A program made the translations under genes and the position numbers. Below are positions 10,038 through 19,117 of a stretch of DNA of 58,413 nucleotides, piece after piece (the stretch's first letter is position 1; every line of letters begins with the position of its first letter). Under the pieces are notes generated by a model. The model saw only the letters and a program-made list of their open reading frames with translations. It was not told the origin of the DNA and searched no databases. Source of the stretch: Bacilli bacterium (GTDB lineage: Bacteria; Bacillota_I; Bacilli_A; RF39; UBA660); NCBI GenBank assembly GCA_035388245.1, contig DAOOPL010000001.1, positions 1 to 58,413 of the forward strand, read 5' to 3'.

Positions 10038-10545
10038 TATAGTATTATATGAGCCAGAAATACCAGGCAATACTGGTAATATCATGAGAACTTGTGTAGC
10101 TACAAACACAGTATTACATTTAATAAAACCTCTTGGGTTTTCCTTAAATGATAGTTATTTAAAAAGAAGTGGAGTAAATTATATAGATAAACTAGAGTAT
10201 TATGTGTATGAAAATTTTGATGAGTTTTTAAATAAAAACAAAGGAATATTTTATTATTTCACTAGATATGGAAAAAAACCACACACATCATTTAATTACT
10301 CTAATTCAAAAGAAAATATATATTTAATATTTGGTAAAGAAAGTACAGGTATTAAAAAAGATATATTAAAAAATAATATTGATAAATGTATGAGAATACC
10401 AATGACAAGTAATGTTAGAAGTTTAAACTTATCTAACTGTGTTGCAATAGTACTTTATGAAGTATTAAGACAACAAAATTATAATGATTTACTTATGACA
10501 GAACCTCATAAAGGAGAAGATTACTTATTAAAAGATAGCAATTAA
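10030..10545 (+). CDS. trmL: tRNA (cytidine/uridine-2'-O)-methyltransferase, SpoU/TrmL family
   Basis: LYEPEIPGNTGNIMRTC, LIFGKESTGI and RIPM..VRSLNLSN motifs. The start overlaps the upstream ORF by 8 nt. Confidence 0.8.
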   Translation: MNNIVLYEPEIPGNTGNIMRTCVATNTVLHLIKPLGFSLNDSYLKRSGVNYIDKLEYYVYENFDEFLNKNKGIFYYFTRYGKKPHTSFNYSNSKENIYLIFGKESTGIKKDILKNNIDKCMRIPMTSNVRSLNLSNCVAIVLYEVLRQQNYNDLLMTEPHKGEDYLLKDSN

Positions 10546-10557
10546 TTGCTATCTTTT
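10530..10557. terminator. perfect 28-nt palindrome, probable bidirectional terminator
   Basis: AAAAGATAGCAATT/AATTGCTATCTTTT spans the two convergent stop codons of trmL and the thioredoxin-like gene. Confidence 0.55.
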
Positions 10558-10988
10558 ATATATCCATTTAATCTAAATCTTTCTATTGTATCTTCTTTAC
10601 TAGTTACTCCATATATTCTGTTTAATGTACTTTCTTCTTCCCCATTTGTAATAAAAGCAATAGTAGGAGTTCCTTGTACTGATAATATTGAAGTAAGTTC
10701 TATATTTTCATCTTCAGTTAAAGTAGAATTATCTAAATAATATAAAGTAATATTATATTTTTTTACTACACTTAAAAGAGTTGGTTTATATTGTTGACAT
10801 GCAGAGCAACTGTCATGTCCAACATATATTGCAAAAGAGTCTTTATTTTCCATTTTTGTTTTAAATTCATTAAATGTTACTTTATGTAATATATCATCAC
10901 TAATACTAACATTTAATTTATTATATAGAAATATCCCTACCAAAATTAATACAATTAATATTGCTACTATTATTAATGTTTTTTTCAT
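10542..10988 (-). CDS. membrane-anchored extracytoplasmic thioredoxin-like protein (CxxC)
   Basis: Start moved to MKKTLIIV (AGGTGA RBS). N-terminal TM helix, CSAC redox motif (HDSCSACQQYKP), and a cis-Pro-like GTPT further on. Confidence 0.7.
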   Translation of the reverse strand: MKKTLIIVAILIVLILVGIFLYNKLNVSISDDILHKVTFNEFKTKMENKDSFAIYVGHDSCSACQQYKPTLLSVVKKYNITLYYLDNSTLTEDENIELTSILSVQGTPTIAFITNGEEESTLNRIYGVTSKEDTIERFRLNGYIKDSN

Positions 10989-11085
10989 TTTATCACCTAA
11001 AATATATTTTATCATATATATTATAAAATCAATTGTTTTTTTTTAAAATAAATGATAAAATTAGATTAATGATAGGAGAATTGTA

Positions 11086-11733
11086 ATGAAAAAAGTAATT
11101 TTAACTTTAATTATGTTTTTAGTATTTGGATTTACAATTAAAGCAGAATGCACAGATGCTGTATATGCTAGTTTAGTATTTGAAGCAAAAGAACTTGAAT
11201 ATAACTATTCAATATACGATACTGGATTAAAAGAAGAATATCCATTAATGAGATATAGAATAATAGTTAGTAATATTACACCAAATTTGTTAGTACAATA
11301 TGGTGATGATAATACTACAATTACTTCAAGAAATAATGTTATAACTAATTTAATGCCAGGTCAGGCATACTTCTTTTCCATAACAGGATCTTTAACATCA
11401 GAGTGTCCAGGTAGAGACCTATCATCAAAGTATGTTACTTTACCAGAATATAATGCATATATTAATACTGATGAATGTATAGAATCACCAGAATTTAAAT
11501 ATTGTGATAAAGATAAATCAGTATCTGAGATGGTGTCATATGAAAACTTTATTGATAGTTATTACACATATTATTCTGAAAAAATAAATAAAGATGAAAC
11601 TCCAGAAATAATAGCTGAACCAAATAGTAAAAAAACAATTGATATCAAATGGATAATTATTCCATTAGTATCAATCATTTTAGTAGTAGTTATTATTAGA
11701 ATAATAATTGTAAGAAAAAGGAGAATAATATGA
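11086..11733 (+). CDS. secreted protein with C-terminal membrane anchor, function unknown (first gene of the cluster)
   Basis: Signal peptide MKKVILTLIMFLVFGFTIKA. C-terminal TM helix plus stop-transfer (IIPLVSIILVVVIIRIIIVRKRRII). ATGA overlap with the next gene. Confidence 0.6.
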   Translation: MKKVILTLIMFLVFGFTIKAECTDAVYASLVFEAKELEYNYSIYDTGLKEEYPLMRYRIIVSNITPNLLVQYGDDNTTITSRNNVITNLMPGQAYFFSITGSLTSECPGRDLSSKYVTLPEYNAYINTDECIESPEFKYCDKDKSVSEMVSYENFIDSYYTYYSEKINKDETPEIIAEPNSKKTIDIKWIIIPLVSIILVVVIIRIIIVRKRRII

Positions 11734-14700
11734 AAAAAGCAGTTATACTATTAATTATTACTTCATTATTTTTTGTGGGCACTTTAAAAATAAATGCGGA
11801 GACACTATACGCATATAATAAATGCCCATCAGGTTCGTTTACTTGGTATTATACATCATTAAATAATAAAGAGACAGTAAATGTGGTTTTTGTGCCAAAA
11901 AATAATTCACAAAAATATAAATGGAGTACAAATACAAATAATTATGTTAATGAAAAAGCAGTATGGAATAATTATGAAAAAGAATATACAGGTGTTAGAA
12001 CTTTTTCATTATATGTAAATATGAATTATATTAGACAAGGAAAAATTGACTTTGGTTTATATTCATGTTTAACACCAACATTTAATTCATATGATTCAAC
12101 TTATGAAATAACTTCAATAAGAGTAACTGGTAGTGGAGATAATCAAAAACTAGTAGTAGCGGGATTTGCTTTTACTTTAACTAAGAATGGTTACAAAATT
12201 CATAATGTAAATCCTACAATTAGTTTAAGTGTAACTAATAATGACTATATGTATTTAAAAGAATCAGAGTTTGATACTTCTGCAAAAAATACATATTTAA
12301 AGCGTTGTACATATAGTAGTGGGGGAAAATATTATAAATGCCCCAAAGATTCATATAAAATATATCAAAATAGTACTAATGAAGCAGCAATATTTAATCA
12401 GGCATCAGCAGATAAAATAAATTTATTTAATGATTATTCTTATACTAGATATTATGCAAAAGATTGGGGCGTTGGAAATTTTGCATTAAGGAGTGACAAA
12501 TCTACTTCTGGAAAATTGGAATATTGGCAATTATTCAATTTAAAGGGAAGTGATTATGTTGATGGCACAACAACAAATTCTTATAATATTGGAGATAATT
12601 TAAGTATCAAAAAGAATAATAACTGGGAAAATGCTTCAAAAGCAGACGTTATTAATTATTTTGTAAATCAAGGATATAAATTTTATATTAATGGAAATTT
12701 TAAGTTTTCAATACCAGTAAAAAGCATAACAGGAGCTTTATCTAAATCAGTAACACCAACAGCAACAATGCCCATAACATCATTAAAATTTTCTTTAAAC
12801 ATATATGATAAAGGTGGTAATAAAACAATCTATGGTAAAGAAGTATCAATAAATAGTGTAAATTCATATATAACACAAGTAGGTGTTATGAAAAAAGTTT
12901 TAGATGATGTAAGTTTATCAAATGATACAAAAATGTCATTTACGACTGTTACATCAAATGACAGAATTAAATTTCTAAATGTAAGTACCATGAGAGGAAG
13001 AATAGTAGGACCAAATAGTCAAATGATTCCATATACTTTAGAAAGCGGAACATCACCATATTTTGCAAATACATATGGTAGCAATACTATATATCACGAT
13101 TCAGCAGGTATAGCAGGTAAATATTATTATTATGTTGATGAAGATGGAATTGTTAAAAATAGTAAATATTATCCTATCAATTTTTATCGTTTAAAAATTC
13201 GTACAGATGTTAAAGGAAGTAACCAAGTTAATACTGCAAATTGTACTAGTTCAAATAATGATGATGGTACACCATGCATGAGACCAGCATCACAAACAAG
13301 TATAAGCGAAGGTAAATATACATTAATATATGCTCTTGGTACTTGGATAACGCCAATAAGCACAACTAATTTTAAAATTGGTTGTAAAGCAGGATTTACA
13401 TTATTTGGGAATAGTTGTTGTCCAACCAGTCCAATTAATAGATTAATTAATGAATATGGTACAAATAATAAGACATGTTGTGATACTAAATACTTTGCAA
13501 AAAATTATAGCACAGGTGCTACAGAATGTTGCCCTACTGGAATAAGAACAGTATATACCCCTAGTGGAAAAATAAATCTTTGTGAGAATGTATGTCCACT
13601 TATAACTTGCCCATCGGGCACTCAAAAAGATATTGAAGGTAAATGTTGTAATGTAGGATCAATAAGTGCATCTAATGGAAAATGTTCAGTTGATAATGAG
13701 GTAGCAGTAGATGATGGTACAGGTAGTGTTTGTAAAGTAAGTGAAACTGGTGGGTCTTGCAAATGTAAACCACTTGTGGAAGAGTATACTTGCAAAGCTG
13801 ATAGTTCATCTACAATAACAACAAAAGAAAAAAGATATAAAGTAAATTTAAATGGAACTACTAATAAAACAACTTGCTCAGAAAAATATACATTGACATT
13901 TAATAAAGAAGTTAGTGTATTACAAGGTAGTTACTTTAGTTATCCAATAGGATTAACAGTTACAAGAGATTGTTGGGGTGGAGGAGTTTCAGTAACAAAA
14001 GTATCACCAAAAGTTACAATAACAAACTTACCTTCATATGCAACAGATGCAAATATAATTAAAACAGCAATAGCAGATATATTTTTAAAGAATGTATCAG
14101 TAAATGCAACGCAAATAGATCCAACACTTTTGGAACATACAATGGCTAATTTAAATAAGAAAGAATATAGCATAGTTTATAATAGCGAGACAGTAAACTC
14201 AATAGGTGGTAATAAGGTAAGACAAGAAATAAAATATAATCTTATTCAATATAAACATGATTATTATTTAAATACATTTACAGGAAAGATTAGAGCAGCA
14301 GAATTAGGATTAGGTGAAGGATATTTACCTTCAGGCAAGTATGTATATATATTATTAAATGCACCAACAGGTAAATATAATAATGATGTAGTACTTAATA
14401 TTCATGGAAATACAATAAAAATAGATTGTAGTTATGAAATAAAAGAAAATATAATACAAAAATATGCATATAGACAAGTTGATACAGATAAGATTTTCTC
14501 AAGAAGTAGAGTTGGTAATAACTGGAAAACAGAAACTGCAAAAGCAATAATAAGTAAAGTACAAAATAGTGCTAATGAAGTCTATGAAGAAGGAAGAGCA
14601 ATGTATGAAATTAATCTTGATTCAGTAGAAGTAATTAACAAAGTAAAAGAATATGCTGAGACTAATGGGTATTATAATTCAGAATTAAGAAGTGATGGAA

Positions 14701-14783
14701 CAAGTAGTTTTATTTATGAAACATTTAGAAATAATATATTGGTAAATAGACTTGATAATTTACTTAAAGACATTATTGAATAA
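11730..14783 (+). CDS. large secreted Cys-rich protein, candidate adhesin or pilus-associated protein
   Basis: 1017 aa. Signal peptide MKKAVILLIITSLFFVGTLKINA. Central Cys-dense block with repeated CC-P/D-T units (SCCPTSP, TCCDTKY, ECCPTGI, KCCNVGS). No LPXTG motif. Confidence 0.6.
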   Translation: MKKAVILLIITSLFFVGTLKINAETLYAYNKCPSGSFTWYYTSLNNKETVNVVFVPKNNSQKYKWSTNTNNYVNEKAVWNNYEKEYTGVRTFSLYVNMNYIRQGKIDFGLYSCLTPTFNSYDSTYEITSIRVTGSGDNQKLVVAGFAFTLTKNGYKIHNVNPTISLSVTNNDYMYLKESEFDTSAKNTYLKRCTYSSGGKYYKCPKDSYKIYQNSTNEAAIFNQASADKINLFNDYSYTRYYAKDWGVGNFALRSDKSTSGKLEYWQLFNLKGSDYVDGTTTNSYNIGDNLSIKKNNNWENASKADVINYFVNQGYKFYINGNFKFSIPVKSITGALSKSVTPTATMPITSLKFSLNIYDKGGNKTIYGKEVSINSVNSYITQVGVMKKVLDDVSLSNDTKMSFTTVTSNDRIKFLNVSTMRGRIVGPNSQMIPYTLESGTSPYFANTYGSNTIYHDSAGIAGKYYYYVDEDGIVKNSKYYPINFYRLKIRTDVKGSNQVNTANCTSSNNDDGTPCMRPASQTSISEGKYTLIYALGTWITPISTTNFKIGCKAGFTLFGNSCCPTSPINRLINEYGTNNKTCCDTKYFAKNYSTGATECCPTGIRTVYTPSGKINLCENVCPLITCPSGTQKDIEGKCCNVGSISASNGKCSVDNEVAVDDGTGSVCKVSETGGSCKCKPLVEEYTCKADSSSTITTKEKRYKVNLNGTTNKTTCSEKYTLTFNKEVSVLQGSYFSYPIGLTVTRDCWGGGVSVTKVSPKVTITNLPSYATDANIIKTAIADIFLKNVSVNATQIDPTLLEHTMANLNKKEYSIVYNSETVNSIGGNKVRQEIKYNLIQYKHDYYLNTFTGKIRAAELGLGEGYLPSGKYVYILLNAPTGKYNNDVVLNIHGNTIKIDCSYEIKENIIQKYAYRQVDTDKIFSRSRVGNNWKTETAKAIISKVQNSANEVYEEGRAMYEINLDSVEVINKVKEYAETNGYYNSELRSDGTSSFIYETFRNNILVNRLDNLLKDIIE

Positions 14784-14798
14784 AGGAGTTGATGAGTT

Positions 14799-15224
14799 AT
14801 GAATATGTCTGCATGGGGAGCGTTTTTACTAGCATTATGTTTAATAACATTAGTTACTTTGGGAGTTATACAAGTTATGACAAGTACTAATGAGAGTGAT
14901 TATTATGTTATGAGAGAAACAGTAGAATCTTCTTTAGAAGATGCAATTAAACCAGAAAGTCTTACTCAAAGTGATGGACCAGAAGTAAGCGAAGAGAGAT
15001 TTATAGAAATAATAACTATGAGATTTGCTACATCAGCAGATCCAAGTAGAAAATATAAAATAAGAGTAACTTGTTTTTCTCCTAAACCACCAATGGTATG
15101 TGTAGAAGTAGCAACAACTATAACAACTAAGAAGTTTTTAAGTGATGATACTCAAACAGAAACAGTAGTAAATAGAATAAATGCAATTTTAGAACAAAAA
15201 GTAGCAACAACATCACAAAATTGA
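14799..15224 (+). CDS. small N-terminally anchored protein, candidate minor pilin or pseudopilin
   Basis: 141 aa with RBS aaggag. N-terminus MNMSAWGAFLLALCLITLVTLGV (short polar leader then a hydrophobic helix). Confidence 0.4.
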   Translation: MNMSAWGAFLLALCLITLVTLGVIQVMTSTNESDYYVMRETVESSLEDAIKPESLTQSDGPEVSEERFIEIITMRFATSADPSRKYKIRVTCFSPKPPMVCVEVATTITTKKFLSDDTQTETVVNRINAILEQKVATTSQN

Positions 15225-15260
15225 TGTATAATGTAAATATAAAATAGAAAGGGATAGAAA

Positions 15261-16028
15261 ATGGAAAAAATAAAACAGTTTTTCAAAAACAAAAATACAG
15301 TAACATTTTTAGGAGTGATAGCAGCCGTATTAATTTTATATTTCTCATATCAATATAAAGTTAAACAAGCAACTGAACCAATAAAAGTACCAGTTGCAAA
15401 AGTTGCAATAGAACCAAGAACAAAAATCACTAGTGATATGATATCTTATATTAATGTACCACCAGCATTTGTAACAAATGGAGTTGTTGTAGATGAAGGA
15501 AGTATAATTGGTAAGTATTGTTCACATAATACTATAATTCCTCAAGGAAGTGTATTTTATAAAGCAATATTAAAAACAAAAGATGATATGCCTGATTCAG
15601 CTTTAGAAAGCCTTAAAGAAGGAGAAACATTAGTTAACTTACCAGTTAATATGGAAAAGACATATTATAATACAATATTACCAAATAATTATATTGATTT
15701 ATATATTAAAACAACTAATCAAAATGGTAAGATTATATATGGGAAATTATTTGAAAATATTAAGGTATTAGCAGTAAAAGATGGTTCAGGTTTAAATGTT
15801 TTTGAAACATTAGAAGTAACAAGAACACCTAGTACTGTAATATTTGCAATGCAAAATGCTAATCATATATTAATTAGTAAAGCTATTGCTTTAGAAAAAG
15901 AAGATATATTATCAATAGAACCCGTACCAATTAGTAAAGAATTTGCTAATAAAGAAGAGGGAGAAGCTGTAAGCAGCGAAACATTAAGGACAATTATTGA
16001 AAATAGAACCGGAACAATAGGTGATTAA
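15261..16028 (+). CDS. CpaB/RcpC-like Flp pilus assembly protein (SAF domain)
   Basis: N-terminal TM helix. SAF-like IKVPVAKVAIEPRTKITSDMI...IIPQGSVFYKAIL. RcpC-like GETLVNLPV...YIDLYI...NIKVLAVKDG. Confidence 0.65.
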   Translation: MEKIKQFFKNKNTVTFLGVIAAVLILYFSYQYKVKQATEPIKVPVAKVAIEPRTKITSDMISYINVPPAFVTNGVVVDEGSIIGKYCSHNTIIPQGSVFYKAILKTKDDMPDSALESLKEGETLVNLPVNMEKTYYNTILPNNYIDLYIKTTNQNGKIIYGKLFENIKVLAVKDGSGLNVFETLEVTRTPSTVIFAMQNANHILISKAIALEKEDILSIEPVPISKEFANKEEGEAVSSETLRTIIENRTGTIGD

Positions 16029-16030
16029 TT

Positions 16031-17167
16031 ATGAATAACTCAATGTTCTCCTCAATTGATTTTGGACCTATTAAGAAATATTTAGAAGAAGATGATATTA
16101 CTGATATTTCTTATAGTAATAATGGACAAGTTTGGGTTAAAACATTATCTAAAGGTATTTATAGAGTAGATGAACCAGAAATAAATAATACACTTATAGA
16201 AAAAATAGCATTTCAATGTTCAAATATAATGGGTAAGACATTTAATATGGCATCTCCTTTTCTAGATGCAGAGAGTGCAGAACTACGTTTAAACTTTGTA
16301 CATGATTCAATTGCAAAAAATGGTATAGCTGCTGTTTTCCGTAAAACTCCAGCAAAGATAAGACTAGAAAAAGAGAAATTATTAAGAGAAAACTATGTAT
16401 CACTTGATATACATGATTTCCTATTAACATGTGTATATGGGCATTGTAATATAATGGTAAGTGGTGAAACTGGATCTGGTAAAACAGAGTTTGTAAAATA
16501 TTTAGCAGCACATATTAGAGAAAATGAAAAGATAATAACCATAGAAGATACACTAGAGTTACACTTGGATCGTATATTTCCACATAGAGATATAGTTGCT
16601 ATGAAAACTAATAATATAGCATCATATACAGATGTACTTGTAACTTGTATGAGACAAAATCCAAAATGGATATTACTATCAGAGGTTCGTAGTGCAGAAG
16701 CAGTTATGGCTGTTAGAAATTCAATTTCATCAGGTCATAATATATTATCTACAACACATGCTGATAAAGCATCTTCAATACCTACAAGACTTTATAGTTT
16801 ACTTGAAACAAATATAGATATGGATCAATTTCTAAGATCAATATATAGATATATACAACTAGGTGTACATATTCGTGGATATCAAGATAGAACAACAAAA
16901 GCATTTCATAGAGAAATATGTGAAGTAGTAGAGTTTTATGTAGATAAAGATAATAATCCAAAAACAAATACAATATATAAAAAGAGTATGGATGGAAAAG
17001 AAATAAAAAATAATCCAAGTTCATATATATTAGAAAATTTATCATCACAAGGTATTTATTTAGATAAAGATTGTATAGTAAAAAATCCTGTATTTTCAAA
17101 TGAATTACCAAGTGAGAGCAATAAAACAGCAGAACAAATAATAAGTGAAGAAGACACATTATTTTAG
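16031..17167 (+). CDS. TadA/CpaF-like secretion ATPase (T2SSE/VirB11 superfamily)
   Basis: Walker A VSGETGSGKTEF, ITIEDTLEL, Walker B WILLSEVRSAEA, His-box STTHAD. Starts 2 nt after the cpaB-like stop. Confidence 0.75.
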   Translation: MNNSMFSSIDFGPIKKYLEEDDITDISYSNNGQVWVKTLSKGIYRVDEPEINNTLIEKIAFQCSNIMGKTFNMASPFLDAESAELRLNFVHDSIAKNGIAAVFRKTPAKIRLEKEKLLRENYVSLDIHDFLLTCVYGHCNIMVSGETGSGKTEFVKYLAAHIRENEKIITIEDTLELHLDRIFPHRDIVAMKTNNIASYTDVLVTCMRQNPKWILLSEVRSAEAVMAVRNSISSGHNILSTTHADKASSIPTRLYSLLETNIDMDQFLRSIYRYIQLGVHIRGYQDRTTKAFHREICEVVEFYVDKDNNPKTNTIYKKSMDGKEIKNNPSSYILENLSSQGIYLDKDCIVKNPVFSNELPSESNKTAEQIISEEDTLF

Positions 17168-17182
17168 AAAGGGGTTGTAACT

Positions 17183-18073
17183 ATGGAATTTCTTTTTATA
17201 CTAGGTATAGGAGTATTTATATTCTTATATAGAGTAAATGAAAAGGAAAGTGCTTACGAATATGTAGTTGGACAAGTAGGTGTACTTTATGAAAAGTATG
17301 CTCCTGTCTCATTTAAATCAATAAGAGAAAAAGTAAAAGCACTAGGTCAAGAATATACTGCAAGACAGTATTTAACACAAGTACTTATATTAGGTGGTCT
17401 TGCTGCAGGTATATCATATTTATATTTCTATGATTTAGTAATAATGTTTATATATGCAATTGCAGCTATCGCAACCGTACCTTTCTTAGCTAACTTAAGA
17501 TGTAAAAAAGTGTATAATGAATTTATTTTTGAACAAATACAAATATATACAACTAATACAATAATGGAATTTCAAACAACTAAATCATTTGTAAAGGCAT
17601 TAGAAGGTGTACTAGAATCTAAAATACTAGAAGATCCAGTTAAATCAGATGTAAAAGTAATGATAGATTTAGCATATAAAAATGGTGCTATAGATGAATC
17701 TATTAAATATATGAATAGTAAATATAATTATCAAGTAGTTAAAAATATGCATCAGTTATTTATACAAATAACTAATGAAGGAGCTCAAAATACAGATGAA
17801 TCTTTAGAAAACATGTTACAAAATATAGATATGTTAGTAGAGGCTGTTTATAGAGATAAAATGGATAGAGAAGTATTCCATAAAAAGTTTCTAAACTATG
17901 GATTTATGCTATATTTACTCGTGCTAATAATTCAATTAATGATGCAAGGGACTTATGTAATTATGACAAAATTATTACTAGTAAAAATATTATTACACTT
18001 AATAATAATATTTGATACCTATTTCTTATTAGGTGGAGAAAAATATTATAATGAGAATGTAGGTGGTGAATAA
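17183..18073 (+). CDS. TadB-like pilus platform protein (T2SSF-like)
   Basis: 296 aa. N-terminal TM helix, two central TM helices, a soluble helical domain, then C-terminal TM helices. Sits after the ATPase as in tad loci. Confidence 0.55.
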   Translation: MEFLFILGIGVFIFLYRVNEKESAYEYVVGQVGVLYEKYAPVSFKSIREKVKALGQEYTARQYLTQVLILGGLAAGISYLYFYDLVIMFIYAIAAIATVPFLANLRCKKVYNEFIFEQIQIYTTNTIMEFQTTKSFVKALEGVLESKILEDPVKSDVKVMIDLAYKNGAIDESIKYMNSKYNYQVVKNMHQLFIQITNEGAQNTDESLENMLQNIDMLVEAVYRDKMDREVFHKKFLNYGFMLYLLVLIIQLMMQGTYVIMTKLLLVKILLHLIIIFDTYFLLGGEKYYNENVGGE

Positions 18074-18858
18074 TGGAAATAGCAATAGTAGGAATAATAA
18101 TAATTATAGTATTACAAGCAAATAATATTATTAGTCTTGAGAAACTTGCAAATGATAACAAACAATATTTTAGCTTTTTAAAAGAAAAAGACTATGATTT
18201 CTTTATTAAAGCAAAATATGGAGACTCAGAAAACCCAGAACTATTTTATAATAAAAGAATAAAATCAACATTCTTAACATTTGTAGGACTATTTTTTCTA
18301 ATACTATCAGTATTCTCATATGTCAATTTAATAATAGTATTAGTAGCTACAGCACTTGTATATAAATCACAATACTTTAGATTAAAAAAATATTATAGAC
18401 AACATATAACTCAAATAAACATGGAATTACCATATTATCTAAAAAATATAGAGATACTAATACAACACTATACAGTACCAGTAGCACTATCTAAATCAAT
18501 AAAAGAAGCACCAGAAATATTTAAAGATGGTTTAAGAAAAATGATTGATAAAATTAATCAAGGAGATTCAACAATAGAACCATATATGGAATTTTCTAGA
18601 GAATATCCAGTAAGAGACTCAATGAGAATGATGAGATTACTATATAGACTTGGTCTAGGTTCTCAAGAAAATAAACATGAACAACTGCTAGTATTCTCAA
18701 GAACAATATCATCACTACAAGGTAAAGCAAGAGAACAAAAATATAAAAGAAGACTAGAAGTAATGGAAAGTAAAACAATGTATATGTTAGTAGTAACAGG
18801 AATAGGGACAATGCTATTAATGATTATGTCACTAGCATTAACATTCCAATCATACTAA
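18073..18858 (+). CDS. TadC-like pilus platform protein (T2SSF-like)
   Basis: 261 aa with the same topology as the preceding gene. TAATG overlap with it. Confidence 0.55.
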   Translation: MEIAIVGIIIIIVLQANNIISLEKLANDNKQYFSFLKEKDYDFFIKAKYGDSENPELFYNKRIKSTFLTFVGLFFLILSVFSYVNLIIVLVATALVYKSQYFRLKKYYRQHITQINMELPYYLKNIEILIQHYTVPVALSKSIKEAPEIFKDGLRKMIDKINQGDSTIEPYMEFSREYPVRDSMRMMRLLYRLGLGSQENKHEQLLVFSRTISSLQGKAREQKYKRRLEVMESKTMYMLVVTGIGTMLLMIMSLALTFQSY

Positions 18859-18881
18859 TATGTAAACATATAAACATATAA

Positions 18882-18910
18882 TTGATTTATAAAAAAATAT
18901 ATAGTATACT
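18882..18910 (+). promoter_or_regulatory. sigma-70-type promoter in front of the pilin gene
   Basis: TTGATT, 17 nt spacer, TATACT. Confidence 0.5.
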
Positions 18911-18947
18911 TATAAATATAGTATAAGTCGAAAGAGGGTGAGATTTA

Positions 18948-19097
18948 GTGAAAGAATCAGCAGGAGAATTAAACATGACAGTAGTAACAGTGGGAATAAT
19001 AGGTATATTATTAGCATTAGTTATAGGTTTTAGTGATCAAATAGGTGAATGGGTTGAAGATTTGTTTGATCCACAAAATGTTCAACAACAACAATAA
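18948..19097 (+). CDS. Flp-like small pilin candidate (49 aa, absent from the ORF track)
   Basis: GTG start 7 nt after AGAGGGTG. Translation VKESAGELNMTVVTVGIIGILLALVIGFSDQIGEWVEDLFDPQNVQQQQ. Short charged leader, one hydrophobic helix, short tail, own promoter. Confidence 0.55.
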   Translation: MKESAGELNMTVVTVGIIGILLALVIGFSDQIGEWVEDLFDPQNVQQQQ

Positions 19098-19117
19098 AAT
19101 AAAAGGGAAGTGATAAG

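Noticed and set aside
16031-17167. Calling the 378-aa ATPase VirB11 (a T4SS component) rather than TadA/CpaF
   Set aside because: The motifs fit either family. However, it is flanked by a CpaB-like SAF protein and two half-size T2SSF-like platform proteins and is followed by a Flp-like pilin. Gram-positive T4SSs generally lack VirB11. Only phylogeny can settle the question.
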